Below, piece by piece: positions 40,215-49,783 of a DNA stretch of 64,000 bases. The position numbers and the translations under genes are program-made. Numbering within the stretch: position 1 is the first letter of the stretch; each line of letters begins with the position of its first letter. This DNA comes from Nitrospiraceae bacterium (lineage in GTDB: Bacteria; Nitrospirota; Nitrospiria; Nitrospirales; Nitrospiraceae). Where the stretch lies: NCBI GenBank assembly GCA_041908685.1, contig JAYREW010000009.1:208783-272782 (forward strand). The letters run 5' to 3'. The notes beneath the pieces are model-generated. The model saw only the letters and a list, made by a program, of their open reading frames with translations, was not told the DNA's origin and did no database searches.

Positions 40215-42839
40215 GTGATGGACATGCGTAGTCTGACGCCGATGCTGCGGACGTTGGCGGTGGTGGCGATCGGACATACGGCCGCGCATCCGGTGCGCAC
40301 GCTGCTCACGGCCGTCGGCGTCGCGCTGGGTGTCGCGGCGCCGATCGCGATCGACGGCGCCAATCGCGACGTTTTGCAGACCTTCCGTGCGGGTGTGTTG
40401 CAGGTGGCGGGGCCCGCGACACTCGAAGTCGCGGCGGGCGACCGGGGGTTGGATGAGGCGGTGATTCGAGCTGTCCGGCGACATCCTGCCGTCCGTTCGG
40501 CCCTGCCGGTCGTGCAACGCCTGGCGCGCGACATCACAACGGGGAGTGCCGTCACCGTAATCGGCACGGATCTGTTGGAGGTGGCGTCCGTGAAGCCGAT
40601 ACGTTGGCAGGCGGAATCAGCGGCGGCCGACGTCGATGGTGTGTTGGAGGATCGGCTGTACCTCGGGCGTCGATTGGCCGACCGGTGGGGCGTGGCGCCG
40701 GGGGTAACGCGCAGTTTCGACATGGGCGGGCACGCGCGATCGTTGCCGATCGGAGGCGTCATCGAGCCGGACGACGAGGGCGCGTCGTTCTGGGACGAAG
40801 TGGTGCTGGTGGATATTGCGCCGGCGCAGGAACTGTTTGATTCGGTCGGGTTCGTCGATCGCATCGATGTGGTGACGATGCCGGATGTTTCGATCGACGT
40901 GGTGCAACAGGAGCTGGCGGCGCAGGTGCCGCCGGGTGTGACGGTCCGCCGTCCCGCGCAGCGCGGCGAACAGCTGGAGGCGTTGGTCTCGGCGTTTCGG
41001 TTGAATCTGGTCATGCTCAGCGCGGTCGGGCTGCTGGTCGGCGGATTTCTCATCTACAACACCCTCTCGTTTTCGGTGGCGCAGCGGCGGCGGGAGATCG
41101 GGATGCTGCGTGCGATCGGACTATCGGAGCGCGGTGTGCTGGCGCTGTTTCTAGCCGAGGGCATTGGCTACGGCCTCGTCGGCGGCGCGATTGGAAGTGT
41201 CGCCGGCCTGCTGCTATCGCAGGCCTTGGTGACGATTGTGGGGCGCACGGTCGGGGACCTGTACGCGGCGGTCGGGACTGCGGCCGGGTCTGTCTGGACG
41301 GTCGCCCGCATCTCGACGATGGTCGGGCAGGGCGCGGTGCTCGGCGTGGCGGTGGCGCTCCTCGGCGCCTGGGTCCCCAGTCGCGAGGCGAGTCGTACGT
41401 CGGTGGTCGGGGCCTTGGCTCCGGGCGGCTATGAGCCTGGGGCCGGGCTGAACGTGGCGCGGCAAGCGTGGATCGCAACGGGACTGCTGGCCGCCTCTGC
41501 CGCGGTTGCGCTGGCGCCGTCTCCGGAGGGGCTGCCCTTGTTCGGGTATCTCTCCGTGTTGTTGCTGCTGCTTGGACTCAGCGCGGTGGCGCCGGTCTGT
41601 GTGGCGGCCATCGGCCTGGTGCGCGCGCTTGCGGCGCGCGGTCGCACGACGGGTGATGTGTCGCTGGCTGCGCTCGCTGCGGATGCGGCGGCGCGTGCGC
41701 CGCGTCGGAACGGTATCACCGTGTCCAGCCTGCTCGTCGGGGTGGCGATCATGATCGGTGTGTTGGTGATGATCCATAGCTTTCGGCAAACGGTCGAGCT
41801 GTGGATCGATCAAACCGTGATGGCGGAGTTGATCGTCACGCCGGAGGGGTGGCTGCGCGGTTCCGTGGATAGTCGAACGCAGCGGCTGTTTCCGCGCGCC
41901 TACGCCGATCGCGTTGCCACGGTGCCCGGCGTGGAGGCGGTGGATACCTATCGGCATCTGGCGGTGGAGCTGGCAGGACGGCCGCGGGCGGTGATTGCGC
42001 GGGATCTGCGGATGCACGCCACGTATAGCCGCTATCTGTTTGTGCGCGGCGATTCACGCGAGATTCTTGAACGGGCGGCGGCACAGCGGGGTGTGATCGT
42101 CGCGGAAGTCTTGGCGACCGCGCTGGGCCTACGTGAAGGGGCCGAGCTGGAACTGGCGACGCCCATGGGGACACATCGCTTTCCCGTTGCAGGAATTTTT
42201 TACGACTATGCGACCGACGGCGGGAAAATCGTGATGGACCGCGCGCTGTTTGCCGAGCTGTGGCACGACGACGCGGCGACCGTGCTGCCGGTCTATCTGC
42301 GAAGGGGGGCCGACGCGCAGGCGACGGTGCGCGCGATTGAAGCCGCACTGGCCGCTCTGGATGCCTCGGCGCGGCCGGTGGCGGTGATGTCGAACCGCGA
42401 GTTGCGTCGGGAAATCCTGCAGATTTTCGATCGGACGTTTCGGGTGACCTACGTGCTGGAAGTGATCGCGTTGGTCATTGCGTTGTTCGGCACCATCAAC
42501 ACGCTGCTGACGGCGGCGCTGGAGCGTCGGCGCGAGTTGGCTACGCTGCATGCGATCGGGGCGAGTGCGCATCAGATCGCGCGCTTGCTCTTATGGGAGG
42601 CCGGTTATTTGGGTGCCGTCGGCGGCCTGCTCGGACTGGTGGGCGGTCTGTGGCTTGCGGCGGTGCTGGTGTGGGTGATCAACAAGCAGTCGTTCGGGTG
42701 GACGATTCCCTTGTCGATTCCCTGGGGACTGTTGGTGATCGTTCCGGTGCTGGCGATCGTGACGGCCCTGGCGGCCGCCTATGTCCCGGCGCGTTGGATC
42801 GCGCGACAACCGGTTGCCGACGGCTTGCGGTACGAGTAA
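40215..42839 (+). CDS. Large double-FtsX ABC permease (YbbP-like, about 10 TM)
   Basis: 874 aa containing two MacB_PCD plus FtsX modules. Ends in ADGLRYE. Confidence 0.85.
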   Translation: MMDMRSLTPMLRTLAVVAIGHTAAHPVRTLLTAVGVALGVAAPIAIDGANRDVLQTFRAGVLQVAGPATLEVAAGDRGLDEAVIRAVRRHPAVRSALPVVQRLARDITTGSAVTVIGTDLLEVASVKPIRWQAESAAADVDGVLEDRLYLGRRLADRWGVAPGVTRSFDMGGHARSLPIGGVIEPDDEGASFWDEVVLVDIAPAQELFDSVGFVDRIDVVTMPDVSIDVVQQELAAQVPPGVTVRRPAQRGEQLEALVSAFRLNLVMLSAVGLLVGGFLIYNTLSFSVAQRRREIGMLRAIGLSERGVLALFLAEGIGYGLVGGAIGSVAGLLLSQALVTIVGRTVGDLYAAVGTAAGSVWTVARISTMVGQGAVLGVAVALLGAWVPSREASRTSVVGALAPGGYEPGAGLNVARQAWIATGLLAASAAVALAPSPEGLPLFGYLSVLLLLLGLSAVAPVCVAAIGLVRALAARGRTTGDVSLAALAADAAARAPRRNGITVSSLLVGVAIMIGVLVMIHSFRQTVELWIDQTVMAELIVTPEGWLRGSVDSRTQRLFPRAYADRVATVPGVEAVDTYRHLAVELAGRPRAVIARDLRMHATYSRYLFVRGDSREILERAAAQRGVIVAEVLATALGLREGAELELATPMGTHRFPVAGIFYDYATDGGKIVMDRALFAELWHDDAATVLPVYLRRGADAQATVRAIEAALAALDASARPVAVMSNRELRREILQIFDRTFRVTYVLEVIALVIALFGTINTLLTAALERRRELATLHAIGASAHQIARLLLWEAGYLGAVGGLLGLVGGLWLAAVLVWVINKQSFGWTIPLSIPWGLLVIVPVLAIVTALAAAYVPARWIARQPVADGLRYE

Positions 42840-42848
42840 CGGCGGGCG

Positions 42849-43847
42849 TTACGAGACGGTTGCCGGTTGCTGCGGCTGCACTTCGATCTGGAAGCCCAAG
42901 TCCTCAATCATCTTCCAGACATCCGGTGCCGGTTGCCCGGGCGTCGTGAGGTAGCCGTTGACGAAGACGGAGTCCGCAGGAAAGAGCGCCATCGGCTGGA
43001 GCCAGCGCAGGTTATGTTCGCGGCCGCCGGCCACGCGCAGTTCCGTGCGCGGATGCAGGAAGCGGAACAGACAGAGCACTTTCAAACAGCGCATGGGCGT
43101 CAGGTCGCGGCACTGTTCCAGCGGCGTGCCTTCGGCCGGATGCAAGGTGTTCAGGGGAATAGAGTCGGGGCGCAACTCGCGCAGCGCAAAGGCCAGGTCC
43201 ACAAGGTCTTCATCGCGTTCGCCCATGCCGACGATGCCGCCGGAGCAGAGTTCCAACCCGGCCGCGCGCGCCGCATTCAGCGTGGTCACGCGGTCGCGGT
43301 AGGTGTGCGTGGTGCAGATCGACGGGTGGAAGGCTTCGCTGGTGTTGAGATTGTGATTAATGCGGTCGACGCCGGCGGTCTTCAAGCGGCGCGCCTGCGA
43401 TTCGTCCAGTAACCCGAGCGAGCAGCAAATCTGTATCGGCAATTCCCGCTTGATGGTCGTGACGGCTTCGGCGATCTCGCCGATCTCCCGATCCAGTGGG
43501 GCGCGTCCGCTGATGACGATGCAATAGCGTTGCGCCTTCGACTGTGCGGCGCGGCGGGCTCCGTCCAACATGGTTTGTGTGGAGACCATGGCGTAGCGTT
43601 CGATCGGCGCCTCAGACACCGACGACTGCGAACAATAGTGGCAATCCTCCTGGCAGGCGCCGCTCTTGGCGTTCAGCAGCATCTGCAGGCGAACGGTTTT
43701 GCCGAAGTAGCGGCGGCGAACCTGAAACGCGGCGTCGAGCAGATGGAGGATATCCTCGTCCGGGGCTGCGAGGACGCTCAAGGCGTCGGTGCGGCTCAAG
43801 GGTTCATCGCATAATGCACGGTCGGCAAAAGACTGGTACCGGTTCAC
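42849..43847 (-). CDS. bioB: Biotin synthase
   Basis: Radical-SAM CQEDCHYC motif and BioB-like length (332 aa). GTG start. Confidence 0.9.
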   Translation of the reverse strand: MNRYQSFADRALCDEPLSRTDALSVLAAPDEDILHLLDAAFQVRRRYFGKTVRLQMLLNAKSGACQEDCHYCSQSSVSEAPIERYAMVSTQTMLDGARRAAQSKAQRYCIVISGRAPLDREIGEIAEAVTTIKRELPIQICCSLGLLDESQARRLKTAGVDRINHNLNTSEAFHPSICTTHTYRDRVTTLNAARAAGLELCSGGIVGMGERDEDLVDLAFALRELRPDSIPLNTLHPAEGTPLEQCRDLTPMRCLKVLCLFRFLHPRTELRVAGGREHNLRWLQPMALFPADSVFVNGYLTTPGQPAPDVWKMIEDLGFQIEVQPQQPATVS

Positions 43848-43916
43848 GGGGCCTCGTTACGTCGAAAGTTTGGTGATCTGTTCTGTGGCGACAGGCTTGG
43901 AAAAAGCGGGAAAAGC

Positions 43917-45314
43917 CTACACGGTTTCAAACGGTGATGCAACATTCTGATAGCTCGGCCGGGCCGCGGGGGCGACCGTGGGGCGCGCATCGGTGGGCAC
44001 TGGTGTGCCGGTCCAGGGCAGGGCCACAAAGGTGTTCCACTGGCGGCAACTCGGACAGCGCCCTGACCACTCGATCGCTTCCGCACGGCAGTTGAGGCAG
44101 CGATAGGGCACGACCACGCGCTTTCGGAAGCCCAGCGCCTTTTTCAGCTCCAGCACCGCCTCTTCCATATTGTGACGGCGCAGCTGCAGATTCGCCATGA
44201 TCTTATGGAAGTCGGCCAGTTGGTCCTGCGGGCCTTCAATGGCGCTGAGGAGATCGAACGCCTCATCGACCATTTCCAACCGGTAGTAGAGCTTGCCCAA
44301 ATAAAATTGCAGCACGCTGTTGTGCGGCTCCTGCTGAATGGCCGCTTGGTAGATGCGGATGATTTCTTCCGGCTCGCCCAGTTCCAGGTAAATTTCTTCC
44401 AAGCGGTGCAGCAGAATGACGTTGCGCGTTTTGGTGAACACGCGCTCTAAAATTTCCGCCGCGCTGGTGATCTTGCCTTCGTGGATGAGAATCTCGCCGA
44501 GACCGATGTAGGCGGGGAGGAACCCGCGATCTTTCTTGATCGCGCCCCGGAAATAGCGCCGCGCCTTGTCCGGTTGGCCGCGTTCGAGCAGTTGCCGTCC
44601 GACTTCGTAATGACAGCCCACCAGCAAGTCCGCTTGTGCCTTGGCGTCGGCGGCGGGCCAGGCGTTCTTGGCCAGCCGATGTTGTACGTCCAGCGCGTCC
44701 GCCCATTTTTCCATTCGAATCAGCAGATCCCGTCGTCGGATCAACGCGGTGAGGTGATCCGAATCGATGCGGAGCACGTCGGCCAAGGCCTGCAGCGCGT
44801 CCTCAAACCGCTTGGCGCCTTCAAAGTCGGTGGCCAGTTCCAGCAACACCTCCACCTCGCGCGGGGCCACGCGGTTGGCGGCCTGGTGCAGGCGGATCGC
44901 TTCGACGAAGTTGTTTTCCGCGCGATACAAGTTGCCCAGCCAGAGCAGGGTTTCGACGCGCTGAGGATCGATGGCGAGCGCTTTCTGGAAGATCACCTTG
45001 GCGTCGCCGAGGCGCTTCGAGAGGAAGGCGTGGGTGCCGTCCTGATGGAGCGAGGTGACTTTCTCTTGGCGGCGTTGTTGCCGCGTGCTTTGCCAGGTGC
45101 CGATGAGGTGCGTCGTCTCTCGAATGCCCACGATGATGGTGACGATCAGCGCGCCGATCGCCATCGAGACCAGTACGAGCGTAACGGGGCTGAGTTCGAG
45201 CGCATCGGTGGCGCTCGTATGGACGGTGACGGTGCCGGGGTTCAGCTCGCGGAAATAGCTGTAGAACAGGATCCCGACCGTTGTCAGGAAAATCGTCAGC
45301 AGCAATCGCAGCAT
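43917..45314 (-). CDS. lapB: LapB/YciM-like LPS assembly regulator (TPR repeats plus C-terminal rubredoxin-type zinc site) with an N-terminal two-helix LapA-like module
   Basis: TPR repeats throughout. C-terminal CLNC...CPSC. The N-terminal 90 aa contain two hydrophobic helices. Confidence 0.8.
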   Translation of the reverse strand: MLRLLLTIFLTTVGILFYSYFRELNPGTVTVHTSATDALELSPVTLVLVSMAIGALIVTIIVGIRETTHLIGTWQSTRQQRRQEKVTSLHQDGTHAFLSKRLGDAKVIFQKALAIDPQRVETLLWLGNLYRAENNFVEAIRLHQAANRVAPREVEVLLELATDFEGAKRFEDALQALADVLRIDSDHLTALIRRRDLLIRMEKWADALDVQHRLAKNAWPAADAKAQADLLVGCHYEVGRQLLERGQPDKARRYFRGAIKKDRGFLPAYIGLGEILIHEGKITSAAEILERVFTKTRNVILLHRLEEIYLELGEPEEIIRIYQAAIQQEPHNSVLQFYLGKLYYRLEMVDEAFDLLSAIEGPQDQLADFHKIMANLQLRRHNMEEAVLELKKALGFRKRVVVPYRCLNCRAEAIEWSGRCPSCRQWNTFVALPWTGTPVPTDARPTVAPAARPSYQNVASPFETV

Positions 45315-45321
45315 GAATTGC

Positions 45322-45822
45322 CTATCGGCTTATGCGTGAGGCGCGCGGCTTGGCAGTGCGGGGCTTTGCGGTGCGGGCGGGTTTGGCCGTCGAGACAGGC
45401 TTGGTCTCGGCCGGAATCCGCACGCGCTTGGCGTCGGCCCACAGCTTTTCGAGTCCATAGTGCTCGCGAACTTCCTGATGGAAAATATGGACCAGGACGT
45501 CGCCGAAGTCCATGACAATCCATTTCGAGCTCGTGCCGCCTTCGATGCGGAGCGGCGGCGAGCCTTGACGCGAGAGGGTGCCGTCGACGGCGTCGGCAAT
45601 GGCGCGCACTTGTCGTTCGGATTCACCCGAGCACAGCACGAAATAGTCAGCCAGCGAGGTGAGCTCCTGCACGTGCAGGGCAACCACATCGACGGCCTTT
45701 TTGTCCTGCGCGGCTCTGGCGATGGCGAGTGCTTTAACCTTGGAATCGAGTGGGATGGGACAGCTCCTGATAAAGATGTTCGCGCAGTATATAGCGTTCC
45801 ACCGGGGGCGGCAAGAGACCAT
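45322..45822 (-). CDS. rsfS: Ribosome silencing factor RsfS
   Basis: DKKAVDVVALHV, ADYFVLCSGESERQVRAI and WIVMDFGDVLVHIF motifs. The start is uncertain: the only ATG (45822) overlaps nadD by 89 nt. Confidence 0.8.
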   Translation of the reverse strand: MVSCRPRWNAIYCANIFIRSCPIPLDSKVKALAIARAAQDKKAVDVVALHVQELTSLADYFVLCSGESERQVRAIADAVDGTLSRQGSPPLRIEGGTSSKWIVMDFGDVLVHIFHQEVREHYGLEKLWADAKRVRIPAETKPVSTAKPARTAKPRTAKPRASRISR

Positions 45823-46459
45823 CCATCGGGAGGCCCTGTGCGATGCGTGTGCGCACCATCGAGGCGGAGACCGGGCAGGGCGGGATCGTCAGCAGCGTGA
45901 GCGTGTGGTCGCCGGGTAGTGGAAACGCCGCAGAGTCCGCGTGCCCGGCATCCATCGCGGCGAGGCGAGAGGGATCGAGCGGCGGCAGCATCGTCAGCCC
46001 GCGAAGTCGCGCGAAGGCGACGCCGGGGCGTGAGACGACGACGACGTCGCAGCGGCGCAGCAATTCGTCCGCGCGGTGCCACGACTCGATATCCAGAAAT
46101 GCGTCGAGGCCTAAGCAGAGCGACAGCCGCTGCGGGACGTGGGCGGCCTCGGCGCGAGCCTGGAGCTCCGTAATCGTATCTATCGTATAGGAGCGGCCGC
46201 TGCGGCGGACCTCGATGTCGGAGACCTCGAAGCCAGGCTCCGACTCCACGGCAAGGCGAACCATCGCGAGTCGATGGGCGGCGGACGCCAGATCCTGGTG
46301 GCGCTTGTGCGGGGGATCTCCCGTGGGCACGAACAGCATGCGCTCGAAACCGAGCCGGGTGTGGATGGCGCGGGCGACCGCCAGGTGGCCGCGGTGGATG
46401 GGGTTGAACGTACCGCCGACGAGGCCGACGTGCGAGACCTGTGAGGGGGTGGCCGGCAC
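45734..46459 (-). CDS. nadD: Nicotinate-nucleotide adenylyltransferase
   Basis: GGTFNPIHRGH motif. GTG start lies 5 nt after the proB stop. Confidence 0.9.
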   Translation of the reverse strand: MPATPSQVSHVGLVGGTFNPIHRGHLAVARAIHTRLGFERMLFVPTGDPPHKRHQDLASAAHRLAMVRLAVESEPGFEVSDIEVRRSGRSYTIDTITELQARAEAAHVPQRLSLCLGLDAFLDIESWHRADELLRRCDVVVVSRPGVAFARLRGLTMLPPLDPSRLAAMDAGHADSAAFPLPGDHTLTLLTIPPCPVSASMVRTRIAQGLPMDGLLPPPVERYILREHLYQELSHPTRFQG

Positions 46460-46464
46460 GGTGG

Positions 46465-47589
46465 CTAGCGAAGGATCACGAGGTTGTCGCGATGGATCGC
46501 TTCGTTATAGTCCTGCTGCCCGAGCGCCTCGCGGATTTCCGCGGTTTTTTTGCCTTTGATGCGGCGCAGGGTCTCGGCAGAAAAATTGACCAGTCCTTTG
46601 GCGATTTCTTTGCCCTGCGTATCGCGACAGGCAACCGCGTCGCCGGCTTCGAATTCGCCGTCGACGGAGACGATGCCGGAAGCGAGCAAGCTTTTCCCCC
46701 GCTGCAGCAGCGCGTCTACGGCGCCGTCGTCGAGGCTGATCTGGCCCTGCGCGCGCAGGGTGAAGGCGATCCACTGTTTGCGGCTGGAGAGCCGCTGTGT
46801 CCGCGGATAAAACAGGCTGCCGCCGGGCGCGCCGCCCAAGACCTGTTCCAGCAAGCCGGGCGTTTGGCCGTTCAGCAACAAGGTGGCCACGCCGTAGTCG
46901 GCGATTTTTCTCGCCGTGCGAACTTTCGTCATCATGCCGCCCGTTCCCTCGAACGAGGCTGAATCGCCGGCCAGGCGTTGAATGTCGTCGGTGACTTCGG
47001 GAATGTCCGTAATCAACGTGGCGGATGGATCGCGCCTCGGATCCGCCGTGTATAAGCCGTCGACGTCCGACAAAATCACGAGCAGCGCGGCGTCGACCAG
47101 GTGCGCTACTTGTCCGCCGAGCGTGTCGTTGTCGCCGACGCGAATTTCATCCACGGCGACGGTGTCGTTTTCGTTGATGATCGGGATGACGCCGAATTCC
47201 AACAGCGTCGTCAGGGTGTGGCGCGCGTTGAGAAAGCGTCGTCGATCGGCCAAGTCCTGATGCGTGAGTAGAATCTGCGCCACCGACAGGCCGTGGCGCG
47301 CGAAGGCTTTCTCGTAGGCCCACATGAGGCGGCTCTGACCCACGGCGGCTGCGGCTTGCTTCACCGGTAGATTTTTCGGGTAGGCGGGCAAGCCCAGCTT
47401 CTTGATGCCGGACACGATGGCGCCGGATGTCACAAGCAGCACCTCGCGTCCCTGTGTGCGGAGCGCGGCCAACTCGGCACAGATGCGATCGAGGCGGTCT
47501 TCGCGGAGGCCGTCCTCTCGCGAGGCGATCAGGCTGCTGCCGACTTTGGCGACGATGCGTGTCGCTTGGGCTAGGAGTTGCTGGCGCAT
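46465..47589 (-). CDS. proB: Glutamate 5-kinase with PUA domain
   Basis: VAKVGSS and the amino-acid kinase fold, plus a C-terminal PUA segment (GDAVACRDTQGKEIAKGLVNF). Confidence 0.9.
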   Translation of the reverse strand: MRQQLLAQATRIVAKVGSSLIASREDGLREDRLDRICAELAALRTQGREVLLVTSGAIVSGIKKLGLPAYPKNLPVKQAAAAVGQSRLMWAYEKAFARHGLSVAQILLTHQDLADRRRFLNARHTLTTLLEFGVIPIINENDTVAVDEIRVGDNDTLGGQVAHLVDAALLVILSDVDGLYTADPRRDPSATLITDIPEVTDDIQRLAGDSASFEGTGGMMTKVRTARKIADYGVATLLLNGQTPGLLEQVLGGAPGGSLFYPRTQRLSSRKQWIAFTLRAQGQISLDDGAVDALLQRGKSLLASGIVSVDGEFEAGDAVACRDTQGKEIAKGLVNFSAETLRRIKGKKTAEIREALGQQDYNEAIHRDNLVILR

Positions 47590-48596
47590 GCCACCTTCCG
47601 CAATTGGCGCACTTGCGTGCCGAGGAAACGGACCAGTTCGTCGAGCCCCTCACGGGTGGCTGCTGAGATGCCGAAGCAGCGGATCCGTTTGCGACGACAA
47701 TGTTGACGCAAGGCCTCCCAGCGCGCGCCGTCGCCTTGCGCATCGAGCTTGGTGCCGACCACCGCAAAGGGACGCTTCTTGAGCGCGGGGTCGTAGGCGG
47801 TCACTTCTTTGCGAAGCGTGTCCAGCGTGGCCACCGGCTCATCCGGACTCCACTCGGACACATCGACTAGATGCAGAAGCAGCGAGGTGCGTTCGACGTG
47901 TCGGAGAAATTGTTGACCCAGTCCCCGGCCTTCGTGCGCCCCTTCGATGAGCCCGGGAATGTCGGCGATGACGAACGAATGGTCCTGGTCGACGCGCACC
48001 ACACCCAGGTTCGGAACGAGGGTGGTGAAGGGATAGTCGGCGATCTTGGGTCGCGCGGCGGAGAGGGCGGCGATGAGCGTCGACTTGCCGGCGTTCGGAA
48101 ACCCGATCAGTCCGACGTCGGCCAGGAGCTTGAGCTCCAGGCGCAGTGCACGCGCGTGGCCGGGACGGCCCGGTTCGCAGTGCGTGGGTGTTTGATTGGT
48201 CGAGGTCGCGAAATGTGTGTTGCCGCGTCCGCCATGGCCGCCGCGCGCCACAGTGAACGTTTGGCCGTCTTCCGTGAGGTCGACGACCGTGTCGCCTGAG
48301 CTATCGTCGAGGACCAGCGTGCCCACGGGGACCTGGATGATCACGTCCTCCGCGGTCCTGCCGTGTTTGTTCGAGTCCTGTCCGGCGTCGCCGGCCTTGG
48401 CTTCGTAATGTTGCTGGTAGCGCAGATCCAGCAGCGTCGTGAGGCGGTGTGAGGCGCGGACAATCACGGAGCCGCCATTGCCGCCGTCGCCGCCGTCCGG
48501 CCCGCCGCGCGGAATGAATTTCTCACGCCGGAAACTACAGATCCCGTTTCCGCCCTTGCCTGCGCGAACCGTAATGCGTGCCTGATCAACAAACAT
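47571..48596 (-). CDS. obg: GTPase Obg/CgtA
   Basis: Starts at ATG 48596 (MFVDQARITVRAGKGGNG). Contains a Gly-rich Obg fold and the G1 motif GFPNAGKST. Confidence 0.95.
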   Translation of the reverse strand: MFVDQARITVRAGKGGNGICSFRREKFIPRGGPDGGDGGNGGSVIVRASHRLTTLLDLRYQQHYEAKAGDAGQDSNKHGRTAEDVIIQVPVGTLVLDDSSGDTVVDLTEDGQTFTVARGGHGGRGNTHFATSTNQTPTHCEPGRPGHARALRLELKLLADVGLIGFPNAGKSTLIAALSAARPKIADYPFTTLVPNLGVVRVDQDHSFVIADIPGLIEGAHEGRGLGQQFLRHVERTSLLLHLVDVSEWSPDEPVATLDTLRKEVTAYDPALKKRPFAVVGTKLDAQGDGARWEALRQHCRRKRIRCFGISAATREGLDELVRFLGTQVRQLRKVACASNS

Positions 48597-48779
48597 GAAT
48601 CGTCCTAACTGTGAAGGCTCTGATGCTCCGGCCCTGGCGTACTCGGTCGGTCCGCTGTGCCTGGTTGGCGCAGGAGGAGCCACGCGGCTTGGGACGGGGC
48701 GTGAGACGCAGTGAATTGAAACAAACTGGAGTGGAGCTTGTCTAGCGGGACAATGGTCGCTCGGGGGCGATGGCTCAGA

Positions 48780-48814
48780 CCGACGCCGGCCAGGTGGTGA
48801 CGAGCCGGCGTCGG
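48780..48814. other. Perfect 11-bp hairpin downstream of rpmA
   Basis: CCGACGCCGGC (48780-48790) pairs with GCCGGCGTCGG (48804-48814). No U-tract follows on the minus strand. Confidence 0.5.
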
Positions 48815-48833
48815 GTGTGCACGAAGTCGGGAA

Positions 48834-49094
48834 CTAGGACGAAGAGCCGACCGGGATGATGTTCACTTTCTTGCGGTCGCCGCCCACAAACTTCACCACG
48901 CCGTCCACCTTCGCGAAGAGGGTGTGGTCGCGGCCGATGCCGACATTGAATCCGGGGAAGAACTTCGTCCCGCGTTGACGGATGATGATGCTGCCCGCCG
49001 TCACGGTTTGGCCTCCGTAGGCCTTCACGCCGAGGTACTGCGGATTACTATCACGCCCGTTTCTCGATGAGCCGCCGCCTTTATTTGTTGCCAT
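48834..49094 (-). CDS. rpmA: 50S ribosomal protein L27
   Basis: [24 protein letters not shown]. Confidence 0.97.
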   Translation of the reverse strand: MATNKGGGSSRNGRDSNPQYLGVKAYGGQTVTAGSIIIRQRGTKFFPGFNVGIGRDHTLFAKVDGVVKFVGGDRKKVNIIPVGSSS

Positions 49095-49263
49095 GCTTCA
49101 CGTCCTTCGATCGCAGTTGGATCGGATCTTAAATTCGCCCGCTGTGGTCGCGCCGCTGCTCTCAGCAGGACGGCGTGCCCGGCGGTCGAGGTGAACAGTC
49201 TGTGCAGGCTGCGCAGACCGGCGAGGATTTGCCGGTTGGGCCAAGCCGACCGGCACGCGTCAG

Positions 49264-49578
49264 TTAGCGCGTTTCGATGCCGGTGATGCGTAACTGCGTA
49301 AATGCCTGACGATGCCCGCGTGTCCGGCGATAGTTCTTCCGGCGCTTCTTCTTGAAGACCATGATCGAGCGGCTCCGGCCTTGGCGAACAATCTCAGCCG
49401 TGACGCGCGCGTTCTCCACGGTTGGCTTGCCGATGACGAGACCCGCATCGCCATGGACCAAATTGACTTCCGTGAGCGCGACGGAGGCGCCCACATCCCC
49501 GACGACTCGTTCGACCTGAACGAGTGCGCCCGGCTCGACACGATACTGCTTCCCACCTGACGTCACAATGGCGTACAT
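49264..49578 (-). CDS. rplU: 50S ribosomal protein L21
   Basis: MYAIVTSGGKQYRVEPG. Confidence 0.97.
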   Translation of the reverse strand: MYAIVTSGGKQYRVEPGALVQVERVVGDVGASVALTEVNLVHGDAGLVIGKPTVENARVTAEIVRQGRSRSIMVFKKKRRKNYRRTRGHRQAFTQLRITGIETR

Positions 49579-49783
49579 AAGCTACTCACTTCCTTCAAAA
49601 AAGAGACCGAAACGTGTACCACGATCACGACGGATCTGTCAAACGACGCGTGCGCGACGCGCTCGCCGAATCGCAATGACCGGGAGGGATCCGACCCTCG
49701 TTGACACTACGCGACCGGCAGTATACAAGGTCAAACCTGTTCGTGCGACCCGTGCGATGACCTGCCTGTAAGGAGAATTCCGC

